Origin: an uncultured Phycisphaerales bacterium | GTDB taxonomy: Bacteria > Planctomycetota > Phycisphaerae > Tepidisphaerales > Tepidisphaeraceae | Length of the DNA stretch: 64,000 nt | Reading direction: 5' to 3' | Assembly: GCA_963844715.1 (NCBI GenBank) | Contig: CAWJPJ010000001.1 | Coordinates: 1-64,000 of the forward strand | In this document: in pieces, positions 21,203 to 36,098 of the stretch | Layout of the letters: each line of letters opens with the position of its first letter | How positions within the stretch are numbered: the first letter of the stretch is position 1 | Notes under the pieces: generated by a model | Databases searched by the model: none | Told to the model about the DNA's origin: nothing | What the model saw: only the letters and a program-made list of their open reading frames with translations | Translations under genes and position numbers: made by a program

Positions 21203-23973
21203 TCACGCACGTCCGCCGCCGTTCATTTTTAGTTCCGCAAGTACCGTCGACTCGTCCAGATTTCTCGTGAGTTTGAATCCCAGCTTTTCGGCGACGCGTT
21301 GCATTTCCTTATTTTCCGCCATGATGGTGGCGAGGAGCCGCTCGATCTTTTCATTTCTGGCAATTTGCAACAATAATGTGAGGAGCTGAGTTCCCAGGCC
21401 CTGGTTTTGCCAGACGTCGGTGATAACGATGGCGAACTCGGCTTCCTTTCCGCCGGGGAGTTTACTGAGACGGCCGATCCCCAAGATGAATCGTTCGCCG
21501 GTTTCGGGACGTCGGCTTTCGGCGACCAGGGCCAGCTCGCGATCGTAATCGTTGAAACAGACGCGAATGAGGCGCTCGTGGGCGATTCGCTGGCTAAGGT
21601 GGATCGGGTGGAAATAGCGGAAGATGACGCTGCGGTCGGAGAGTTCCTGGTGAAAATGGACCAGAAGGGGCTCGTCTTCGGGGCGGATGGGCCGGATGAT
21701 GACGGGCATTTTGTCGTTCAACGACCACTGACTGACATATTGGGTCGGATAGGGGCGGATGGCCGAGCGGGGCAAGTCAGCTTCTTTTTTTTCGGCGGGC
21801 CATAGAACGGCGCGGGCATCGGCGGCGATGATCCGGTCGGAGGTGACCAGGAGGGGATTGATTTCGATCTCCTTCACCCAGGGTTGCTCGATTACCAATT
21901 GGCTGAAAGCGCACCAGGATTTGAGCCAGCAGGTCGATGTCGACGGGCTTTCGGCCGCGGACGCCTTTGAGGGCGTTGAAGATTCGGGTCTGCTCCATCA
22001 TTCTGCGGGCGAGGGTGGCATTGAGCGGGGGTAGGCCGAGGGCGCGATCCTTGAGAACTTCGACGAGCTGACCGCCCAATCCGAAGAGGAGGACGGGCCC
22101 GAATTGCGAATCGGGGCTGCTTCCGATGATCAGTTCGTAGCCGTTGCGCGCGTCGATCATGGGCTGAACGGTGACGCCCTGGAAATGCTGCGGGCCGGCG
22201 AGGCGGGTCACCGATTCGCGGATTTCGTCGAAGGCTCGGGCAATCCTCGGCATGTCGGCCAGATTGAGCTTTACACCGCCGACGTCGGTCTTGTGGGTGA
22301 TCGTGTGCGAAAAGAGTTTCAGAGCGACGGGGTATCCGGCGGCGTCGGCGGCTTTGACGGCCTCGGCGGGCGGTGGCTGACCGTGACGGTCTCGACGACC
22401 GGGATTCCGTAGGCTGCCAGAAGCTTCTTGGATTGAAATTCGTCCAGTAGGGTGCTGCCGGATGCTCTGGCGGTTCCGATGATGTTTTCCGCGGATGTTC
22501 GATCGACTTCTTTTCGGTTGTCCTCTCCCAATGTCGGCGTTTCATACAGACCGCGGAGATTGTAGGAATAGCGCCACATGTAGGTGAAGGCGCGGGCGGC
22601 GGCGTCGGGGTAGTCGAAAGGCGGGGATGCCGGCGCGGCTGAGGATCTCGTGGCCGGCGGCGACCTGGGCTCCGCCCATCCAACTTGCCAGCAGCGGTTT
22701 GCCTTCCATTTTCGCCAGTGCCTTGACAGCCTCGGCGGTCTGGGTGGGATCGGTCATGTCCTGCGGGGTGAGGACGACGAGTACGCCGTCGTTGGCGGAA
22801 TCGTTAGCTACCGCTTTGATTGCCTTGGCGAACCGCTCGGGGGCGGCGTCGCCGAGGACGTCGATTGGATTATTGTGGCTCCATTGCGGCGGGAGGAACG
22901 AGTTTAGCGTTTGCAGAAGTCCGGCGGACATGCGCCGCGAGTTCGCCGCCGCTGGCGAGAAGGGCATCGGTCGCCAGGACGCCGGGACCGCCGGCGTTGG
23001 TGACGATCGCCAGGCGGCGGCCGGCGGGGCGGGGCTGCTTGGCGAGGACATCGGCCATGGAGAACAAATCGGAGATGTGATCGACGCGCAGCACGCCACA
23101 GCGGCGGAAGGCGGCGTCGAGGACTTCGTCGCTGCCGGTGAGGGAGCCGGTATGCGAGGCGGCGGCTTTGGCGGCGGCGTCGCGATCGGCCGGCTTTGAT
23201 GACGATGATCGGCTTATTCAGCGAGACTTCGCGCGCGGCGGAGAGGAAGGCGCGCGCGTCGCCGATCGATTCCATGTAGATCAGGATGCTGCGGGTGCGC
23301 GGAATCGTCGCCGAAATAGTCGATCAGATCGCCCCAGTTCACGTCGAGCATCGAGCCGGTGGAGACGAAGGCGCTGAAGCCGACGGCTTCGCTGAGGCTC
23401 CAGTCGAGAATCGCGGTGCAGAGGGCGCCGCTTTGGCTGATGAAGGCGACGTTGCCGGGCTTGGCGATGCCTTTGGCGAAGGTCGCGTTCAAGCCGGTGA
23501 GTGGATTCATGACGCCCAGGCAGTTGGGGCCGATGATGCGCATCCCGCCGCGGCGGGCTTGTTCGAGGACGCGGTTTTCCAATTCGAGGCCGGGTTGGCC
23601 GAGTTCGCGGAAACCGGCGGAGATGACGATGGCGCCCTTTACGCGGGCGTCGGCGCACTGACTGATCACCTGCGGGACGCTGGCGGCGGGTGTAACCACA
23701 ACGGCAAGGTCAATCGGCTCGGGAATGGCGGCGATGCTGGGATAGGCTTTTATCCCCAGGACGCTGGCCGCGTTTGGGGTTGACGGGGAAGACCGTGCCG
23801 CCGAAGGGGCTGGTAACGAGATTCCAGAGGACGGTGCGGCCGACGCTTCCCTTGGTTTCGGTGGCGCCGATGACGGCAATGTTTCGTGGGGCAAAGATCG
23901 CTTCCAGGGGCCGGGGCGATCCTTGGCCGGGTTCGGGGGAATTCACTTCGGTGGTTGGTTTTACATCTTGCAT
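21203..23973 (-). CDS. Acetate-CoA ligase (ADP-forming-like) fused to a GNAT acetyltransferase (frameshifted)
   Basis: CoA-binding 'IAVIGAT..GSVG', GPNCLG, SQSGAL, ASHTGS, TNAGGPG, ATP-grasp 'HKTDVGGV', 'EIEINPL', C-terminal GNAT 'WQNQGLG'. Confidence 0.93.
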
Positions 23974-24008
23974 AGTGCATACCATTAAATCATGCGGCAA
24001 GGTTTTCG

Positions 24009-24079
24009 CATCAGCGAATTCACCTACATTAAAAACGGGGTCAATGCCGATCCCGTGGTTTCGGCCAAGTGCAGATAAT
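24009..24079 (+). promoter_or_regulatory. Island operator motif plus -10 (GATAAT)
   Basis: CATCAGCGAATTCACCTACA...TGCCGAT, then 22 nt, then GATAAT. Confidence 0.72.
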
Positions 24080-24125
24080 AATGGATGGGTGGGGAGGCGC
24101 CTGGAGAGTTGAATGGAGGTCGGCC

Positions 24126-25058
24126 ATGAAACTTCTCATTGCATACGACGGCTCGGAATGCTCCGATGCGGCGATTGTGGACCTGCGTCGGGCGGGTTTG
24201 CCGGCTGTGGCGGAGGCGCGGGTTTTGTCGGTGGCGGATACTTCGCCGGCGCTGGCGACGGTTCCCTTTCAGGCCTGGGAGGCGGGGGCGGACGCTTATC
24301 TTCCTGAGATCATCGAAAGAGAGGCGTTGGAAGGGGATCAGCCGCGAGAGGCTCGTGCGTACGCCGAGCAGGCGGCGGAGCTTTTGCACGCCGATTTTCC
24401 GGGTTGGCATATCAGTACGGAAGCGTGGGTTGATGATGCGGCGGCGGCGATTGTCCGGGAGACCCACGCGTGGAAGCCGGACATTATCGTGGTGGGTTGT
24501 CATGGGCGGACGGGGATCAGCCGCTTTGTGCTGGGGAGTGTTTCGCAGCATGTGACGCATCAGGTGGCCTGCTCGGTGCGGATTGGGCGACACCACCTGC
24601 ATTCGCAGGAGAGATCGATTCGCCTGCTGATTGGGGTGGATGGATCGGACAACGCCAGGACGGCGGTGAAGGCGGTGGCGGCGAGGAACTGGCCGGCGGG
24701 GACGGAAGCGCGTGTGGTGGGGGTGCTGGATTCGCGGATTCAGGTGGCGGCGGCGACGACACTGGAGGGGACGATTCCGGTCATATTCGAGGAAGAATCG
24801 CGACGCCGGTTGTCGGGCGCGGTTCATGAAGCGGTGCAAGAATTGAAAAAGTCCGGGCTGGTGGCGACTTTGCAAGTGCTGGGGGGCAAGCCGAGTGACG
24901 TGCTGCTGACGGAAGCTGACAAGTGGGCGGCGGATTGCGTATTCCTTGGGGCGAGGCGGCTGAGCGGGTTGGAGCGAATCCTGCTGGGCAGCGTTTCGTC
25001 GTGCGTGGCGGCACATGCGCATTGCTCGGTGGAGATCGTCCGGGCGAATTTGGAATAG
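24126..25058 (+). CDS. Tandem-domain universal stress protein
   Basis: Two USP domains: 'LLIAYDGS...GCHGRTG...LGSVS' and 'LLIGVDGS...[15 protein letters not shown]'. Confidence 0.95.
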   Translation: MKLLIAYDGSECSDAAIVDLRRAGLPAVAEARVLSVADTSPALATVPFQAWEAGADAYLPEIIEREALEGDQPREARAYAEQAAELLHADFPGWHISTEAWVDDAAAAIVRETHAWKPDIIVVGCHGRTGISRFVLGSVSQHVTHQVACSVRIGRHHLHSQERSIRLLIGVDGSDNARTAVKAVAARNWPAGTEARVVGVLDSRIQVAAATTLEGTIPVIFEEESRRRLSGAVHEAVQELKKSGLVATLQVLGGKPSDVLLTEADKWAADCVFLGARRLSGLERILLGSVSSCVAAHAHCSVEIVRANLE

Positions 25059-25123
25059 GTCATGCGGGCTCGTTTTATGTCCTGAGCCCTTGCCAGTTCG
25101 CTAAATAAGCCACTTTCAACCTG

Positions 25124-25194
25124 CATCGGCGAAATCCCCTACGCGAAGAATAGGGCCGACTCTGATTCTCCGGCCTGCCTGGTTGTCCGATGCT
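25124..25194 (+). promoter_or_regulatory. Island operator motif plus -10 (GATGCT)
   Basis: CATCGGCGAAATCCCCTACG...CTCTGAT, then 22 nt, then GATGCT. Confidence 0.72.
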
Positions 25195-25238
25195 TTTCAA
25201 TGTCTTTGGAACACCGTTGTCATGAAAGGTATCGGACT

Positions 25239-27803
<2,565 letters not shown>

Positions 27804-27820
<17 letters not shown>

Positions 27821-28484
27821 GTCGTGCTTCGATGGCGTACTTTAGCAGCTCGTTGCTGCTCTTCAGATTGAGCTTCTGCTTGATGTGTTCCTTGTGGGCC
27901 TCGACCGTCTTGGTGCTGAGAAAAAGTTTGTCGGCAATGGCGCGGACGCTCTGACCTTCGCCGATAAGCCGGAAGATCTCCAGTTCGCGGTCCGTTAGCC
28001 TCGCCAGCGGCGGAAGATCCGCCGAAGAACGGTGGCCGGAAAGGTTTTGTAGCAGTTTGGCGGACATGGTCGTGCTGAGATAAACCTGTCCCTTCGCGAC
28101 CGTCCGGATCGCATTCATGACGGTTTCCTGCAGCTCCTGTTTCATCACGTAACCCGCGGGCCCGCCTTCAGCGCCCGCTCGGCATAAAGCGACTCATCGT
28201 GCATCGAGACAACCAGGATGGGCAGCTCCTTCCAGCGATCGCGGATTTGTTTACACAATTCCAGCCCATCGCCGCCCCGGAGGGTCAGATCGACGACGGC
28301 CACATCCGCCTTGGCGGTCGCCAGCAGTCGGATCGCATCCGGCAGGCGATTCGGCTTCGCCGCACATCATCATGTCCGGCTGATCGTCAATCAACCGCCC
28401 CATCCCCTGGCGCAGCACCGGATGGTCATCCACGAGGAATATGCGGTGGCGATTGCTCGCAGGTTTAGTCGGCGTTTTTGCCAT
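27804..28484 (-). CDS. NarL/FixJ-family response regulator (frameshifted)
   Basis: 'IFLVDDHPVLRQG' receiver; LuxR HTH 'LTDRELEIFRLIGEG...IADKLFLSTKTVEAH'. Confidence 0.93.
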
Positions 28485-30274
28485 TTGCTTCGCCTCGAAG
28501 AATGCCCTCGGCTTTGCGCAGAGCACAGTCTACTCGGGTTCCACCAGTCGGGAGTCTCAAAACCGAAAGCGTCGCGCCGATCAACGCGGCGCGATATCGC
28601 ATGGTTTGCAGTCCCATCCCTTTCTTTTCCGGCAGCACCTCGGGGAAACCGATGCCGTCGTCTCGCACCGACACCGTGATTGTATCGCCGGCGCGGATCA
28701 GAACAATCCGGATGTGCTTGGCCTTTCCGTGCTTGATCGCGTTGTTCACGGCCTCCTGAGTGATCCGATAAAGATGCGTGCCGACAGCTTCGTCGGAGAG
28801 CAAAACCGGCTCCTCACACTTGAACGTACAGGCGATTCGGAACGTGTTTTCGACCGTCAATGCCAATTCCCGCAGGGCGGACATCAGTCCCGTCGCCGAA
28901 AGATCGACCGGATGCAGCCCATGCGCCATGCCGCGCGCCTGGGCGATGGCCTCGGAAACGAGCCGGGCGATCTGGCGGGCGTCGGCGGATTCGGCGACCG
29001 TCTTTTTCGTCAGCCGCAGCTCCAGTGACTTGCTCAGGAACCCGATGCCGGCCAATTGCTGACCGAGGCCGTCGTGCAAATCCTGCCCGATGCGGCGCTG
29101 TTCTCGATCGCTGATTTCGAGGATTTGCCTCTCGAGGCGCTTGCGGTCGGTCAGATCGCGGACGATCCCCGTGAACAGGCGCCGTTGGCCGATCAGCACT
29201 TCGCTGACAGCCAGATCCATGGGAAACGTCGATCCGTTCTTGCGTTTGCCGACGACTTCCCGGCCGATCCCGATGATCTTGGCCATGCCCGTGCGAAGAT
29301 AACTGTGAAGATACTCATCGTGTTCGGAACGGTAAGGATCGGGCATGAGCACGTTGATGTTGCGGCCCAGAACGTCAGTGGCGGAGTATCCGAATAGTCG
29401 CTCGGCGGCGGGATTGAACGAGTCGATCATGCCACGTTCGTCAATGGTGATCACGCTATCCACCATGGTCGTCAAAATTGCCGCGGTTTTCGTTGCCGTT
29501 TCCTGCAAGGCGGATTCGGCGTTTCGACTTTGAAATATCGCGGGTGATCGTCGAAATGCCGACCAGTTCACCGGAGGCATCGTGCACCGGTCCGGCTGTG
29601 AGCGCCACGGGAATCGGGGTCTTGTCTTTTCGAATGCGCACGCGTTTCGAATCGAGTTCACGACCCCCGCGCCGAACCGCGGAGAGAACGCGGGCGGTTT
29701 CGCCCATTCGATCGGCGGGGACCAACAGCGAGGCCGTTCGGCCCTTCACGTCTTCAATGGAATATCCGTAAATCCGCTCGGCGGTGCGGTTCCAGCTGAC
29801 GATCACGCCGTCCAATGTCATGTCCATGATCGCGTCCTGGGAGTATTCGACGATGGACGCCAGCCGGATCATCTCCGCTTGCGAACGCTTGGCGGCAGTG
29901 ATTTCCTGCGCGGCGGCGACGACGAAGACGCTTCCATCGGATTCAGTCCGGACCGGCTGGGCATAATCGCGAATCCATTTGAGATGGCCATCCGCGGTAA
30001 TCAGGCGGTATTCCCGAACGTCGCCATGGCCCGCAAGCAAAACGGCGGGGCGGGTCTTGAGCAGCGGGCGATCCTTGGGATAGATCAGCTCGTCCCAGCC
30101 GCGTTTTGGCAGGGTGCCGGCCGGATATCCGGTGATCTGAGGAAACGGGCCGGCGACCCAATCGAAGGTGATTTTGCCGCGTTTGGTCAAGTGAAATGCG
30201 TAAATGAAGTCAACTGCGTCCGGAGGGGTCACGGCTTTTGGCTTGCGGCCCATCGCGGCAGTTGTAATCGCCAC
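28465..30274 (-). CDS. Cytoplasmic triple-PAS histidine kinase (HisKA_3) with a FixL-like PAS domain (one frameshift)
   Basis: Three PAS/PAC domains, H-box 'QDLHDGLGQQL', 'QEAVNNAIKH', 'DDGIGF', 'GMGL'. Confidence 0.92.
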
Positions 30275-30328
30275 TTGGCAGGCAGATCAAGAATCGGACG
30301 CCGGGGCCCGTCCGGGCCGTGTATCCCC

Positions 30329-30399
30329 CATCAGCAAATCCCCCTACGCCCAAAGAGGGGCAAGCTCCGATTTTGCGGCGGCACATAAGATCCGATTAT
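30329..30399 (+). promoter_or_regulatory. Island operator motif plus -10 (GATTAT)
   Basis: CATCAGCAAATCCCCCTACG...CTCCGAT, then 22 nt, then GATTAT. Confidence 0.72.
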
Positions 30400-30409
30400 T
30401 TGGGTGGCC

Positions 30410-31294
30410 ATGACGAAGCTGCGAGACAAGCCGGCTCAGACAGCGTCCCCCAGGACGCCAGGCCCGATCCCGCTCTACGTGCTTTCCGATTCCACGGGAA
30501 ACCTGGCTCGCCATATGGTGACGAGTTTCCTCACACAGTTTCCGGCCGGGTCGTTTCAAGTGGTCACTCGCCCCTTCATCGGCGAGCCGGATCGCATCGT
30601 CGAGTCCCTCGATGCGGTTGCCGCCCTTCCGGGGATCGTATTTCACGCGGTCGTATCGCCTTTGCTGAAGAAGCAAATCACCGCGCGATGCATTGAACTC
30701 GAAATCCCTTGCTGGGATTTGACGGGCTCGGCCGTGGAGTTTCTCGCCAGGGCCGCCAGCCTGGTCGCGAAATCCGATCCCCAAACGCTGCATCGCGTGG
30801 ACAGCGCCTACTGCGGGCGCATCAACGCCTTGACGTTCGCGCTGGAACACGACGACGGCCTTGGCCTGGACAGTCTGAACCACGCGGACCTCGTACTCGC
30901 TGGCGTCTCCCGCACCGGCAAGACCCCGACCAGCATGTTTCTGGCGATGCAGGGATTTCGGGTGGCGAATGTATCGCTGGCCATCGCCGTTGCCCCGCCC
31001 AAGGAATTGGCCGCCTTGAATCCAAAAAAAATCGTCGGCTTGGTGATCGATCCCGGTCAACTTGCGGAGATCCGCACTCGCCGACAGACCGCGTGGCGAA
31101 TGACTCAATCCGGCTACAACGAACCCCGCGAAGTCGCCAGGGAAATTGCCTGGAGCCGGCAGGTCTTCGCGAAATTGCACTGCACGGTTCTGGATGTAAC
31201 GGACCAGGCGATCGAAGAGACCGCCGCGAGAATCGTGGACATGCTCGGCTTGCCCGAACCATCGAATCATGCGATGGCGCAGGAGTTGTCATGA
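30410..31294 (+). CDS. PEP synthase/PPDK regulatory kinase-pyrophosphorylase (DUF299)
   Basis: 'LSDSTG', 'FALEHDDG', 'GVSRTGKTPTS', 'IEETA'. Confidence 0.93.
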   Translation: MTKLRDKPAQTASPRTPGPIPLYVLSDSTGNLARHMVTSFLTQFPAGSFQVVTRPFIGEPDRIVESLDAVAALPGIVFHAVVSPLLKKQITARCIELEIPCWDLTGSAVEFLARAASLVAKSDPQTLHRVDSAYCGRINALTFALEHDDGLGLDSLNHADLVLAGVSRTGKTPTSMFLAMQGFRVANVSLAIAVAPPKELAALNPKKIVGLVIDPGQLAEIRTRRQTAWRMTQSGYNEPREVAREIAWSRQVFAKLHCTVLDVTDQAIEETAARIVDMLGLPEPSNHAMAQELS

Positions 31295-31307
31295 GCGCTT
31301 ACACCAG

Positions 31308-31809
31308 TCACTTTCGCGCACCGACCGATTCACTGAGCACATCGGTGACGAACTGGCTCTCCAGTTCGACCGGCTGCAGGGAAGCCTTCAGTTCCAGCGC
31401 CGCCGCGATCGTGCCGCACAGCATCGAAAGCAGGCCCAGGACGAATAGCGGAATCGCAAGGTACATCGCCTCGGGCACCACGGCCGAGAGGCCGAGCATC
31501 AGGCTGCACCCGATCAGCAACCCAATGGTAAGCAGCAGAAACAGCAGAGTCAGTCGAATGAGTTTCGCGCGGTCGTCTTACATGCTCTGTTTGGACTTCC
31601 AGGTGCGCCAGCAATTCTCGACCGTGTACGGTCGCGGATTTTTTCAACCGTTCGTGCTCCGTGAGTCGCTCGCGCTGAAACGCCCGCAGGCGCGATACGA
31701 TCGCGGCCATGCGATTGTAGAAGGCCAGAGCCAACAGCCCGCAGGCGGAAATGATGACAACAGGAACGACCGCGGAACTGACGATTCGTGAAAGGTCGGA
31801 GGTCGGCAT
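31308..31809 (-). CDS. DUF2721-like membrane protein (frameshifted)
   Basis: 'VVPVVIISACGLLALAFYNRMAAIVSRLR'; C-terminal TM ending 'ELKASL'. Confidence 0.7.
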
Positions 31810-31905
31810 GACAAGGCTCCTTAATCGAACATCTTCCGTGCGGATTTGAAGCCGTCAACATGCGATCGACTACATTGGAATACCAGCCATTTAGAGGAGA
31901 CAGCA

Positions 31906-33718
31906 ATGACAACGATGACAGAAATTCCGGTCCGCAGGGAAACCACGGTAGAGCTGCCGCCGGCGGTTCAGCGATGGATCGACGAATGCATCAACCTATG
32001 CCAGCCGGACGAGATTTACGTTTGCAACGGCAGTTCGCGAGCGAAGGGAACTGATTGAAGAGGGCGTCCGCGAAGGCGTTTTCATCGCGCTCAACCAGCA
32101 GAAGCTTCCCGGCTGCTACCTGCATCGCAGCAACCCCAACGACGTCGCCCGCACCGAGCAATGCACGTTCATCTGCACGCCCAGCCAGGACATGGCCGGC
32201 CCGACCAACAACTGGATGGAGCCCAAAGCCGCGTATACGCAAAGCTCAGCGGCCTGTTCGACGGGTGCATGCAGCGGGCGAACGATGTACGTCGTCCCGT
32301 TCGTCATGGGGCCGATCGGCTCGCCGCTGGCGAAGGTCGGCGTGCAGATGACCGATTCGCATCTACGTCGCCGTCAGCATGGGCATCATGACCGCGCATG
32401 GGCGAGGTCGCCTGGAAGCAGCTCGGCGACAGCGACGGACTTCACGCGCTGCCTGCACAGCCTCGGCGATGTGCAACCCCGAGCGCCGCTACATCTGCCA
32501 TTTCCCGCTGGACAACACGATCTGGAGCTTCGGCTGCGGCTACGGCGGCAATGCGCTTCTCGGCAAGAAATGCCTGGCCCTGCGCATCGCCAGCTTCCTC
32601 GGCCAGCAGCAGGGATGGATGGCCGAGCACATGCTGCATCTAGCGGCGTCAGCGCACGGCGGCGAAAAAACCTATGTCGCCGCCGCCTTTCCCAGCGCCT
32701 GCGGCAAGACCAATTTCGCCATGCTGATCCCGCCGGAAAAATATCGCGAGGCGGGCTGGAAAATCACCACCGTCGGCGACGACATCGTCTGGATGTGGGT
32801 CGACGAAAAGACCGGCCGCCTGCGCGCGATCAATCCCGAGGCCGGCTACTTCGGCGTCGTGCCCGGCACCAACGAAGAGACCAATCCCAACGCCATGGCG
32901 TGCATGTGCCACGACACGATCTACACCAATGTCGCGCTGCTGCCCGACGGCGATGTCTGGTGGGAAGGCAAGACCGACGCAGCCGCCGGCCGAGTGCATC
33001 GACTGGACGGGCAAGCCCTGGACGCCCGACGCAAGTCCGGCCGCAAGGCCGCCCATCCCAACAGCCGCTTCACCGCGCCGATGACCAACAACCCCGCGCT
33101 CGACCCGTCCGCGGATGATCCCGACGGCGTGCAGATCTCCGCGCATCATCTTCGGCGGCCGACGCAGCCAGAACCATCCCGCTGGTCTTCCAGGCATTCA
33201 ACTGGATGCACGGCGTCTACGTCGGCGCGACGCTCGGCAGCGAAACCACCGCCGCCGCCACGCGGCCAGGTCGGCGTCGTCCGCCGCGATCCGATGGCGA
33301 TGCTCCCGTTCATTGGCTACAACATCCGCGACTACCTCGTCCACTGGTTCCGCATGCGCAAGAAGATGACCGACTGCCCGCGCATCTTCCACGTCAATTG
33401 GTTCCGCAAGGACGACAACGGCAAATTCCTCTGGCCCGGCTTCGGCGAAAACATGCGCGTGCTCGAATGGATCATCGACCGCTGCCACGGCCGCGCCTAC
33501 GCCGTCGAAACGCCGCTCGGCTGGATGCCGCGAGCCGAGGACATCGACCTGGAAGGCCTGAACATCATCCCGAGCCGACTTCGAGCCGATCCAGACGGTC
33601 GATCTCGAAGCGTTCAAGGCCGAAATTCTCGAGCCAGGAAGAGCTGTTCCTGAAGCTGGCCGGCGATTTGCCCAAGGAAATGATCTTCCAGAGGGAGTTG
33701 CTGATCAGCCGGTTGTAA
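31906..33718 (+). CDS. pckG: Phosphoenolpyruvate carboxykinase (GTP) (frameshifted)
   Basis: [64 protein letters not shown]. Confidence 0.97.
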
Positions 33719-33763
33719 GTGGGCGATGGCTGCGCGTCACTCATTATCAAGCAGCGATTGGAT

Positions 33764-34433
33764 ATGAACAGTCAGATCGCACGGGCGGGCCGCGCGCGTT
33801 CGACGCGCGCAGGCATGACCGCGATCAGCCTGGTCGGCCCCGCCGGATCGGGAAAGACTTCGATTGATCGAGGTCGGTTGCTCGCCCGCCTTAATCCGAC
33901 GCGTTCGCACCGCCGTGATCGTCGGCAACCTCGCCGCCGAGCGGCAAGTGGAACGCATTTCCAGCCGCGGCTGCCCGCCATTCCGCTCGTGACTGACAAT
34001 CTCGCCGCGATCAACGTTCGCGATGCGATCAGTCAATTAAATCTGAATGAAATAGATCTTCTATTGATTGAATCCGAAGGTAACGCACACAGTCCGGTGG
34101 AATTCGATCTGGGGCATCATTTTCGCGCCTAGCGTTTTCAGCGTGGCCGGCGGCGAGGATAGGGCGACGGAATATCCCTTCCTCATCGCCAGATCCGACG
34201 TGGTGCTCCTGACCAAAATCGATCTGCTTCCCTCCGTGAAGTTCGATTTCAAAGTGTTTAATCAGGATGTGACGCGCGTGAAGGCGAGGATGCCGATTAT
34301 CCAACTGTCTCTTCAATCCAATCAGGGGATTGGCCAGTGGGTTCAATGGGTCGAATCGCATTTGTCGCCACGCATCAAGCAGCGGCGACTTCCGGAAACG
34401 GCCGACCCGTTCATCAGGATTCCCAACCAATAG
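33764..34433 (+). CDS. HypB-like G3E GTPase 1, lacking metal-binding Cys (frameshifted)
   Basis: GPAGSGKT, 'DLLLIESEGN...EFDLG', 'GED...YP', TKIDLLP. Confidence 0.82.
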
Positions 34434-34440
34434 GTGCACC

Positions 34441-35124
34441 ATGGCGGAAGGTACTCGCGAACATGTCGATGTCACCGTCGCGGCAGAATTAAGCATTGGC
34501 CGGCCGCCCCCTGCCGCGCTGATTCGCAGGGCTTTGGTGCAATCGCGGGTATTGGGAATTCGCATCATCGGGCATCCCGGATCCGGCAAAACGGAATTGA
34601 TCGAAGCGACGTTGAAGCGGCTGGTGGCGCCCAGCGCGTGGCGGTCATCGTCGTAAATCCCGCTTCCGGTCGTGATGCCGAGCGGCTACAAAAATATTGC
34701 GGCCACGTCGCCCAAATCGATGCCGCTACTCCGGATGCTGCGACGATCTGGCGCGCCATGGGCGAATTGAGGCTCGAGGATTTCGACACGTTGTTAATCG
34801 AAGCGGCCGGAGGATTGGCCGATTTGCATGATCTGGGCCAGGACGCAACCGTCGCCGTTTTCGCCGTCAGCGGCGGCGACGACAAAGCAGCGGAATATCA
34901 CGCTCTACTGAAATGCTTCGGCGATCCTCCTGACAAAAATCGATCTCCGTCCCTTGGTGAAATTCGACGGGCAAGTCTTCCGCAATGATATTCGAGCTGT
35001 CAATTCATCGGCGGAAATCCATGAAACCTCGGCGATGACCGGATCGGGCCTAATCGATTGGCTCGACTGGATGGACAGGACACCGCGACAAGATTCAAAG
35101 CAGGTTACGCGGCGACCCGCATGA
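34441..35124 (+). CDS. HypB-like G3E GTPase 2, lacking metal-binding Cys (frameshifted)
   Basis: GHPGSGKTELIEAT, 'DAERL', 'HDLGQD', 'GGDDKAAEY', TKIDL, 'SAMTGSG'. Confidence 0.8.
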
Positions 35125-35704
35125 GTCACCATCTGACGAATTCATCGGATAGCGGCGGGCGAGGAACAAACGAGCGAAAGCGGCGACCGTGAATAAATCG
35201 CTTCCAATTGGATGGATGAAGATGGGATTCCGGCGGGGTTTGCTCGGAATGTCAACCCGTCCCACGGCCCGCCGATCACCCCGTACTGCCTACCGTTCGA
35301 TCTTGTGAGGTCTGTTGCCCCTTGTTCATCCAGTTGCCGCGGTTAGCGCGATCCTGGAGCGGCACCGCGCGAAGCCGCCGACCGGGTATGAGGAATTCGT
35401 TATCAAACTGCTTTGCGAATCGTCGGAGGAGACCCCGAAGAACGATCGGCATTTGTCCGATCATCGCGCGGAGCCGGGTCCTTTCCTGGACTACGCGACG
35501 GACGCGCTGGCGATTTTGGAGCGGGTTGCCGCATTGTTCGATAAGGCGGAGATTGCAACTCCCGGACACGATTGGCGCGAGATATCGCGTTGGGACAGAT
35601 GAGCGTCCTTGATTCGAAAGCCGATGCGGGTCAGCCATCTCTCGAAAAACCATGAGCGAGGCAGCGGTTTTGAATAACCTGCGCGATTTCGGCCGATCGT
35701 TGCT

Positions 35705-35775
35705 CGTCAGTAAATTCCCCTATGCGATTTGGCGGGCGAAACCCGATTCTTTTTACGCTGCCGGATTCCCATACT
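35705..35775 (+). promoter_or_regulatory. Island operator motif plus -10 (CATACT), upstream of the Rieske operon
   Basis: CGTCAGTAAATTCCCCTATG...ACCCGAT, then 22 nt, then CATACT. Confidence 0.65.
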
Positions 35776-36098
35776 TCTTGGCATCGAAGCGATCGATAAA
35801 AATCGACGACAATTTCCGCGACACAGCCTGACCGTTCTGGGCACTGCCGCAGCCGGTGAATGTGATGGACGCGGCAAATGTATTTCCGCGATCTGCCAAA
35901 TGCCCATCGGGTTGGCCGATCAATGGATGGATCAAAACAATGTGTCGTCATCGCCATGTAAATTTGACCTCGCAGACACAGGGAGTGACAATCAATGGTG
36001 GGAGAGGGTTCCGTGCGTCCGTAGAACAAACACAATTGAACACCGTTCGCGTTAAATTGTGCCAGTTTATTTCCTACGGCAGTTCCAGGATTTGATCA

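Noticed and set aside
35125..36055. Short ORFs between the HypB-like pair and the Rieske gene
   Set aside because: No recognisable motifs or RBS; conflicting overlapping frames.
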